DNA of 64,000 bases, taken from positions 17,980,001 through 18,044,000 of the forward strand of contig OZ024753.1 in the NCBI GenBank assembly GCA_964016885.1, in the 5' to 3' direction. The stretch is from Eledone cirrhosa. Lineage: Eukaryota. Below the pieces are notes generated by a model that saw only the letters and a list, made by a program, of their open reading frames with translations, ran no database searches and was not told the DNA's origin. Positions within the stretch are counted from its first letter, which is position 1. Each line of letters begins with the position of its first letter. The translations under genes and the position numbers were made by a program. This document shows, in pieces, positions 54,515 to 64,000 of the stretch.

Positions 54515-55009
54515 GTATGTAATACGCTGATATTTATATTTCTAATATATATTTCTTAATATCCAATTAATGATGTTGAAATATTCACTTGCTGTAGTTC
54601 TGTGACGTCATTGTGATCTTTAGGAGATGGAAATTGATAGAAAGTTAGATTAATATATCTTTGATTCAGTCTCATTACAAACTGAGTTTCTATTGGAATA
54701 CAGTTGGTGTCAGTTTTGCTTTCCCATTTCAGAAATTCGAAATATTAATGCTACTAAAGTACTATGATAGTCTCAAGCTTTTACCCGTCTAGAAGGAAAA
54801 ATAGTAATATAAAATCCTGAATAACACTTCTCTGAAAAAGAGATAAGCTGATGTTTCGCCTGTTATATTCAGGCTTGAAATCAGGCCTAGATCGACATTG
54901 CCTTTTATTATTCAGACAATATCTATTGTATGTATTATAGTGTTAACCTAATCTAGGATATCAGCATTGTTTCATAATGGGCTGTATAATATGGGAATAA
55001 TGTATGAAC

Positions 55010-55275
55010 GGCGCTTGGTGCAGTCTGTGACTAACGAAGGCTTTGTTGCACTTTGGGCCGAGAATGGGAAACTCTCCAAATATCAGCAAGTTTGCGGTCG
55101 AGCACGTAGCAGTAGAGATTTCTGGTGTCCTTGGCCCTATGACTACCTCCCTACTTACCACCATAGACACGGAGTTGGCTACCCGCATGTGTGACCCTCA
55201 TGGACTGGAATGGATCTTCCGACGCATCTCCATCACCCTCCTCCGGCGAGATGCCTTCTCTATTTTGTCCTCCAG
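55010..55275 (+). mobile_element. CRE-clade non-LTR 3' fragment (restriction-like endonuclease end)
   Basis: KLSKY..AVEISGVLGPMTTSLLTTI..DP..WIFRRISITLLRRDAFSIL. Confidence 0.75.
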
Positions 55276-56229
55276 GACCGCGGGGCTACCAACGCGTGGG
55301 TCCCCATTTACTTATGATAGTAAGAGATGGAGAGACCAAGAGATATGAAGGCAGGTACTGAAAGAGAGAGAACATCAACACAGACACACACATTTGATAA
55401 GTCATATGGTCTGTCTTGTTCCTGTTTTTAAGGTGTAACGTTTCTGCATTTCAAAATCGCAAGTTGGTGAGTGCAATTTCCAACAGCGCATTGTGTACTT
55501 GAGCAAGGCTATGGTACAAGGTGTCAAGTGAGGATTCAAACAATGACGCTCTATTTGACAATGACCTTTGGCACAGAATGTTATGGTAGTGTAGCAGAAA
55601 GTAACACAAAAAACACCGGGGAAAATATTTGCAGTATTTATTCACGCTTTACTGCTCTCGCTGAAATATCTATTAATAAGCTACTGGGTCGATTAGAGAA
55701 TATCCCTAGACATGTATGGTCTTAGGTAAATACAAGAAATAAAATATATTTGTGTCGCAGGATTCATTTAATGAAGAGAAATGATTCTCAAAATCAACAG
55801 TGGCAGGCTGGTTTAGATTTAGGCCTTGGAGAGTCCGAGACACTTCAGGTTTGGGGTTAGGATTATACAAAAAAAAAAAAAAAAAATAGAATACATAGCA
55901 AAACCCCCAATTTTGCATATCAAACGTAACTTGGTGCAAGTAATTGGAATTGAAAAGTTATACACTTAGGTATTAAATTCAAAAATTCTAACGATCCTAA
56001 AACTAAAAAGCTCAACTGAAGGCACACATAAATTGCTACAGCCGTCGCTGGTCGGGCCCACAACTGTAGGGAGCGCGAGACAATTACCCACGTTGTCCCT
56101 CATTAAAACCATCCTTGGAGGCAGTCAGAAGAAAGTTACACGCAATCGATGATCAAGTTTGTGTTGTCTTCTGTGTTCAGGCAGATGAGTTGGATTCTAC
56201 TCTATTGTTATTATCATTATTATTATAAA

Positions 56230-56786
56230 TACCAGTAATACACTGGCAGCCATTAGTCACCTTCCCCCGCCCCTAAATGTGTTGGACTTATGCCTAAATC
56301 AGAAACCATTGTTAATATAATGGTGGTAGAGTGTTACTTTCGTTAATTCGCCGGATAGTTTGCTTCCCGGCATAGTTACGGTCATAGAGTTACGGCCCTT
56401 TACGTCATGAGTTCAACACTCACCGCGGTTAGCTTTCCCTTTCATCCCTACGAGGTTGATAAAATAGAGTACCAGTAACGCACTGGAGTTGATTTAATCG
56501 ACTTTGCCCTGCCCCAAACATTGCTGGCCTTGTGTTTAGATTAGAAACCCTTATTATTATCATTATTATTGGGGCGAATGAGGGCGGTGGATTGGCAGTA
56601 ACGGTAGAAGGTCGGACGCTATGCTTTGCAGCATATAGTTATGGCCCTTTATGATCTGAGTTCAAATCCCGCCGAGGTTAACTTTGCCTTTCATCCTTAC
56701 GGGGTCGATAACATAAAGTACCAGTGATATACTGGGGTAATATCCTGCCTTGTGCCAAAAGTAGAAACAATTATTATTGGGGCGAA
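56230..56786 (+). mobile_element. Head-to-tail SINE cluster (youngest 56583-56778)
   Basis: Family sequence; TSD ATTATTATTGGGGCGAA at 56562 and 56770; further degenerate copies at ~19054, 50760, 51840, 52570, 57480, 60000, 61000, 61205, 63170. Confidence 0.85.
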
Positions 56787-58121
56787 GTATAAGAGAGTTG
56801 GTAAAGCGCCCGAGGAAATTCTATTCACTATTTAATATTTTGAGATTAACTCCCATGGGAATAGTTTTTTTCTTTTACAATCTGCCGATGCCGATAAAAT
56901 AAAGGATAATTGACTACAAACCTCTTTTGATATTTGATGCTTTCAACCAATGTTAAAAATCAATTATTTTGCATTTGCTTCATATCAATTCCTTCTAGTT
57001 TGCTAGGTTGACCCTATTCAATTATTGATTCTTTTGTTCTTACACACAAGACAATATGTTGACAGAATGAGAAAGAAATAGATATTTTCATGTTTCATTC
57101 ACACCTTTCATCTTGTTAAGCGGATGTGAAGTAACAACTTTAGCCACAAATAGAACATTTTCATATCTGTGAGAATTCTTCTTCTCTTTAGTTTTCATTC
57201 TCACATCTTTTAATGTCAAATTCCACAAAACTACCGAAAATAATGTCACTTTACTCTAGGTATTAATACTGATACAGTTGATACCAATAATAATATTTGT
57301 AGAAAATATATTATATTTGCGTCTTCTTACACCCTCATTCCCTAATGTTGCTGCAGGCTAAAAACCCCGTGTGACAGACCAAGTTTTTTTTTTGTTTTTT
57401 TTTGTTTTTTTTGCATCTAAGCCTGGCGGAATCTATCCTTCTCCAAGTGTGACCATAGAGAACCACAAAAAGTAGAATGGACCCCAGCATAGCATTGGGG
57501 ACTTTATTTATCAACTACAAAAAAAAAATGAAAGGCAGAGTTGGTCTGGTCGGTATCCGAACTCAGGTCCCTAAAACACAGCAAATATCACACAACACTC
57601 TGACACCACTTTTCCGTCCTGCCTATTTACCAAATTGATTATAACCATAAACAACATGGGACTATATATTAAATACACAATTGCTATTAGAATATATTCC
57701 ATTTTGTAGAACACGAATAAATAATAGCAATCTTCGGTCAATTCTATAAAGAAATATCTGAGAATGGTAGCAATAACATACCTGAGTGCGGAGGAGGTCT
57801 TTGTAGGTGGAGGTATAAAGGGAGACAAAATATTGACGTTAGTGTTTATTTGAACTTCAGCACAATTTCAATACATTTGTTTACTTCGAAAATATGTTAT
57901 TAAATATTTTTTTTAAATATCATGGACGTTTCTTAGTGTGGGAAATCCATATTTTCTCATATAATAGTGGTCTTTTGCTAATGTGTGATATTACTGTTAT
58001 CGTATTTTGTATTGCAAACCAAAGAGCAAGAAGTAAACTACGTCTATTCCGAAAATAATTATACATTTTCTGTTGTGAATTCATTTCGATCCATTCAATA
58101 TATTCCTGACTTTAATAGTAT

Positions 58122-58632
58122 TAAACGGAAAAAATGAAACGAAATTTCATTTCCCATTCTTAGTACGGCTGTTACTTAAATATAAGTATGTATACGTACA
58201 TACATATATGTATACAGACGTACAGTAGTATGTATATATATACATACATACATGCACACATATATATATATATATATGTACGTATGGATTCACCGAACAT
58301 TTATTATAATGCTAGGTGTGTTTGTAAACAAACATCCCGTATTAAGCCGTAGTGTCTAGCAGCCATCGTTGCTCGTTTTTTCAACACTGACAAAGAAACG
58401 CTGTACTAGTTTCAAGCTTATTAGCTATCGACAGCAACGCATACCTTCCTGCCAGATTGTTGAACGTATATACTTACATTATGCATATTAACGGTTGAGT
58501 AGCCCAATTTGCATATCGAGTGGGTTAATCGGCCGGGTGCACCGAAAACGATAAACGGAAAAAATGAAACGAAATTTCATTTCCCACTTTTAGTACAGCT
58601 GTTACTTAAATATAAGTATGTATACGTACATA
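58122..58632 (+). repeat. 80-bp direct repeat, 430 bp apart
   Basis: TAAACGGAAAAAATGAAACGAAATTTCATTTCCCA.. at 58122 and 58552. Confidence 0.9.
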
Positions 58633-61600
58633 GTATTGTTGGATATATAAACACAACAAATTCGATTTTTCTCTTTCTAAGATATTATTTCTAGCAATGA
58701 GGTACTCGGCAAAGTATAACCCTCGAGTACATTTTGGTAAATATGTTTATCTTTGGATAATACAGTATCGAATATAATGAACCTAATTTGATATTAATTA
58801 AACCAAATATTTGTGCGGCTTCTAATTGATATCGTAAGAAATTTTACTAGATTAAAAAAAATAATTGTCAAAAATGTGAGTTATAGATTATTGTAGATAA
58901 ACAAATATTATTCTGTAATTCAATAGTATTTTAGTTTTATATATTTGGTTATCATTGATATTAAACATCATATCATCAGAATATTCCCATGGATATTTAA
59001 TTGTATTTCATAGTTTTCTGCCAGTTCTACTATTGTGAATTTACAGTCAGATGTACAGTGTTTTTAGATTATTTAAGTTTTGCTTAGTTATTTCTAGAAA
59101 TTCACTTGCCAATTTCGTTTATTATAGTTATACTTATTATCGGATCATAACCCCCCCCCCACCTCACTATGTATTCAATGTATTTATTTATACAATACAT
59201 ATATTTTTAATCTTATATTTGAGAATAGTTTAGGTGGTAGTGCGGTGAAATAATCTAGAACTTAATTTCCTTTCAGAAATAATACAATGTTGTTTTTTAT
59301 GTAAAGGAACAGCAAACAATGATAACAGGAAATTACATTATTATAGAGTGTTATATACCTTCTAACAATAATAATCGATAAAGTTTACGAATCCTTTCAA
59401 TATATCTTTCTACGGCACTTGCGGAACTGGTTGACATTTTAAAATCTTTATTTGTTCCGTTGTTTTTGTTTTTTGGTTTTTTTCTTGTAACCAAATCAGC
59501 TTAATATATTTCATAGCTAGGAACAAAGCATTCAGTTCAACTGAAATTGAACAAACATCGTAATTTTTTCATATATTTTAGACTAATCTCCAGAAACAAA
59601 AGCCAAATAAAATAAAGATGAGGTGTTATAAGTACATTGAGCTACTTGGACAACATTCAGCGCAATTCAGATAATCTTTTTTGAACCATAAATCCCATGT
59701 GGATTAAAATAATAATAATTATATAAATAATTGAATTCGTATATAAGAAATGCTTTTTTTTTTATTATCTGGCAAATAAAGGCAACATTAAATAGACAAA
59801 ATAAAGGCAGCAAACCTCAACCTAACTATTGTTATTTTACTAGTTGTAAATTCTGAATGGTTGCCAAGCTAATCTTGCATGAAGCAAAAATTCAAAATAT
59901 GTGTCTGTGATTGAGATTCTGTATGGTTCGTCCACTTGGTAGAATTAGTAGTGAAAAATCCCTTGATCATATCTAACAGATATAAAGGGCGGCGTATTGG
60001 TGATAGGTGGCGAATTGGAAGAGTCGTTGTTAGAGCGCCGGATAGAATGATTTGCGGTGCTCGTTCCGGCTCTCTTCTCTTTGAGTTCAAATCCCACCGA
60101 AGTAGACTTTGCTTTTCACCCTTTCAAGATCGATAAGAAAAGTATCAGTGTAGTATCTATATCTCTATTTCATTTCTTCGCCATCATTTTCTATCCTTCT
60201 CTGGGGGAACTCTGCTGTAATCAGATGTGGAGGGGAGATGGGCTCCATCAGGTCAAAAATTCCCACCAAACGTGGTAATGCCACTACGGTAACCCTACGA
60301 CTCCATCAGATGTGTTGCGGCATCAAAACTTCCCGATTCCTGAGGGCAATACATAGTGGCAACAGCTTGAGATCGTTTCATAATGGAAATGAGCAATCAA
60401 AATCTGATCTGGGCTAAAACAAGAGCTATACAGAATAGACACACATATGTATAAATTAGCATGTGCAGTGTAGAATATTTGTAAGCACCCGTGTTAAATA
60501 ATATTCAGATTCGACCTGTCAGCATTCAAGCCATGAAGGAAGAAAGTGAATTCTACTTAAACGATGTAAATTTTAGAAAAAGAAGCCAATGCTATCTAAC
60601 GTCACAACCCATTATCTGAAGAAGAATATTTGAGACAATATAGTTCTCGATAAACTCCATTTCCCAGTGGAATATGTCTCGGTATTGACAAAGTACTAGC
60701 TAGATGAGATTACTTCATGATAAACACTTAATACATCGTTTCAAGTTGTACCAACTTGAATCTACCACGCTCTCTAAACATACATAGATTAAACAGTAAA
60801 TTACTTCTGATTATCTCTCGATAAATCTTTCGTTGTACCAAGTTAACTCTATCACAATAAAGACAGAGAAATTAGACATAGTAAATGAAGTTTTCTAATA
60901 GTTACTTCATATTCAGGTTTTGGGATGTTATAGCATCAAACTGCCTTAGTTATTATTGGTTGACATTATGTGTCTGTGTTCTAGAGCGCTATATTGGGAG
61001 TAACATTGAGAGAGCTTCGGACAAAATACTTCGTGGCATACAGACAGGTCCTTATATGTTCTGAGTTCAAATCTTGCCGAGTTTAGCCTTGCATTCCATC
61101 CTTACATGGTCTATAAAATAAAGTACCAGTAACATACTGGTATCAATTTAATCAACTCATCCCCCAAACAAAATAGTGATAGTGTGTGTGTGTGTGTCCT
61201 TGGACGGTGGATTTGCAGGATCGGGCCACAAACTTTGCAGCATATGCGAGTTACCTCCCTTTATGTTCCGAGTACAAATACGGCCGATGTTAGCTTTGTC
61301 TTTCATTCTTACTGGTTTGATAAAATACTGTACCAGTAACGAACTAGGGGAGATTCAATCGATTCCGGCCCCTTGTGTCCAACTTATGTATTTTCCGAGG
61401 TGAAATAACTTATGATAAAACGGTAACCTGGTCTGTTTATTCGTTCTAATATTCGAAGTGTAAGAAAGTATTTCATGTTTCGTAAAATTACAGTTTAAAT
61501 TTATGAATAATAATGTAATTAAACGGTAAAATCCCATTTATTATGTTTCTGATTTATATATTTCTTATTAACAGAGATAATAAAAGTTATAGAATCTCAA

Positions 61601-61769
61601 TAAAATTATGGAATATCAATAACAATTATGTAGTGGAATCATTAGTAGATCTTGTTAGTGGGATGCTAAGAGAGAGAGGGGGCGGGGACAAACAAACAGG
61701 AAAAGGAAGAGAGGAAGAGGCAGGCTATGGGTGGTGGTGGTATCCATAACAGCAGTAGCTGTGTGTGAT

Positions 61770-62208
61770 TATCATGTCATCCATAGACGTAGTGCTCAAT
61801 TGAAGTCATTCAGTCTAGAATGTATAGATATGTACCGAATATTTCCCTGTCAAACGTCTGTATTGTATGTTGTCCCAAATATTTCCAATCCAAACCAAGG
61901 CCTCCTGTTGGAGGAACTCCTTCCTGGTTGAACTCCACCATTTTCTTTTTGCTTTTGTCCTATCAGGTGTGTAGCCGTACTCACCGCGCTTGGCCGATTG
62001 CTGTTTGTTAGGGTTATTTAACCCGTAGTCCGGGTGGATGGCTCTTGAATCTGAGGAGTTTATCTGTCCTTGTAAAGTTCTTGTTTTTTTGTGCTGCTGG
62101 GGTTCAACTCCTCACCAGACTAGAAACCATTGGAGAAGTCAGTTTAGTAGCCGACCACTAGTCTAAGAAGCAGGTTGTAACAGCAGGCATAGAGGCTGAT
62201 CTGACATG
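61770..62208 (-). mobile_element. RTE-like 5' fragment (UTR plus decayed APE start)
   Basis: 5' end similar to 37313-37394; GGGACAACATACAATACAGACGTTTG resembles a frameshifted GTYN..TL APE start. Confidence 0.5.
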
Positions 62209-62292
62209 ACTTGGCCATTGTTACCATTGCAGTATTAATATCATGTTACCTCTTGGTGTTAAAAAGTTCTTTACCTATGTTTTCTTTTGCAG

Positions 62293-62454
62293 AGTTTGTG
62301 ACAACCAATGTGACAGAGAAGATAGTATCAAGTGATAAAGAAGTTATCATGAGTGGGTTGGTCGTGGGTGGAATAGCCTTACTCATGATTATTATCCTCA
62401 TTGTCGGACTCTGCCACAACTCATCATCTCTTAATTTTTACCAGAAACTTCCAA
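62293..62454 (+). CDS. Candidate exon: stalk, transmembrane helix and start of cytoplasmic tail
   Basis: TTTTCTTTTGCAG acceptor, (E)FVTTNVTEKIVSSDKEVIMSGLVVGGIALLMIIILIVGLCHNSSSLNFYQKLP, GTAAAT donor; 162 nt, phase 1-1, in frame with 54442-54514. Confidence 0.7.
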
Positions 62455-63470
62455 GTAAATATATTTTATTCTGTAAACATTTTTTTTTAATATCTGAAAT
62501 TATTTTTCTAGTGATAGAAATTAAATTTTGTTTATATAATTTCGTATAGATTTCTGTTTTCCTTTTTCGGATTTGTTTTTGGAGATGTAGAATATTTTGA
62601 ATTGAATCTTCAAATAGATGAAGCTGATATGTTTTCAAAGATCAAACATTAGAAGGAGATATAAGGAGGAGATAGAGTGAAGGGAAGAGAGAAAGAAATT
62701 GAGAGAGAGGGAGACAAAGAGCGAAAGAGAGAGATGGAATGTAATTGTAAAAAAAATGTGAAAGTAAAATATTTTCAGAACTGTATTTCAACAGGCATTG
62801 CATGGGAAGGGGGTTATGAGAAAAGAGTTAATTACGTAGAGGGAATAGTCACAGAGAGAGAGAGAGAGAGAATCTTGTGACTAAATCTGAAGTTATTATT
62901 ACAATATAATAAAAAATAAGACAAAAATTTGGTTTATAAAAACATTTCTGTTTTATTATTTTAATAATGTAAATCTTAAAAGAAAACACTACAGATTATC
63001 AGTAAAAATAGTAAAAACCAATCGATTATTCTTTATTTCTGATATTCATCCCTCTCATTTTACACTGATAAGCTCTGAAGTAAGAAGATTGTTTTAGAGT
63101 TTCATTTCAATTATTCATACTTTATTTTGAAGCAAAACTAAAACAATATATTTGAGGATCAATTAAACAAATTTCAGTATATTACTGATATTTATTTTAT
63201 CGAAACCACGGGGATTAAAAACAACTTAGAAACGACGAAATTTGAAATCGGAACGATGCTTTTGTTTGTAAATATCATCAGGGCCCAGGAATTATTTAGG
63301 ACTGAGTTTCATCCAGTCTTATGATACATTTAGTTTCTGTGAATGCTAGACGGGTCACCAGTCTATAACCAATTTAAGCTCCATCTTTTTCTGCTAATCA
63401 GTTTTTCAGCGAATTGGGATGGTGCTACGAGAAACGAAGTACCTTCATATAAAAAACGTTGACAAGTCTA

Positions 63471-63557
63471 TGGATCACACGAGTGGTCTTGGGATCACAC
63501 GATTGGTCTTGGGATCACACGAGTGGTCTTAGGATCACACGAGTGGTCTTGGGATCA
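63471..63557 (+). repeat. 20-bp minisatellite GGGATCACACGAGTGGTCTT, ~4 copies
   Basis: Direct inspection. Confidence 0.95.
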
Positions 63558-64000
63558 TCCGTTGAATACTTAACAATACTACAAGCACACAATTACAAGT
63601 CAATGTGTTTGGTTCTCTACGGACTATTTCATTTACCTCTGTATTAAATTAAAGGGCAATTCTCAGATAATTACACTAAACTATGCAGATTAATTCATGG
63701 CTGAGCCAAGCTAAGTGCTGTATAATGGAAATGTATTTCCTGCAATTAATACTGATATATGGCCGTGAGCAACACGTGGCAATGATTTGGTTCATTATCT
63801 TGAAAATAATTACTACATAAATTAGAATAGATGGTACCATGGCAGGAACTATGGAATTCATGGTCGATACTATAGCTATGTACACTGTGTACGTAATAGA
63901 CGTGCCCACATGTCTCAGGACATTACATCTAGCCTCAAGCCGGCCCTGGTTTTATACGGTTTATTTAAACCTGCCTATATTTAATTATCAAATTCCGTCA

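Noticed and set aside
63471-63557. Possible CRISPR array
   Set aside because: Simple 20-bp tandem repeat without spacers

Overview
AT-rich, repeat-dominated animal DNA, most likely a cephalopod such as Octopus (inferred from the tRNA-derived SINE families, long (AT)n/(GT)n/(AG)n tracts and the retroelement mix). Most six-frame ORFs are microsatellite artefacts. Supported content: a degenerate L1/Tx1-clade LINE (1-4522, -), several Penelope-like elements (PLEs; RT plus GIY-YIG), RTE and CRE LINE fragments, about 20 SINE copies, a TA-flanked MITE, a Helitron 3' end, minisatellites, and scattered exon-like pieces of an Ig-superfamily type I membrane protein (partly decayed). The most striking signal is non-coding: at least 15 type I hammerhead ribozyme (HHR) folds found by eye. 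They include canonical, U3-A8 covariant, GCAA and other variant cores, and sit in tandem retrozyme-like monomers (556 nt and 318 nt), in PLE pseudo-LTRs and in fold-back palindromes. The 556-nt monomer carries an unusually large (~177 nt) HHR. Two RTE 5' ends show a possible HDV-like fold. All folds were derived manually; none was computed or tested.
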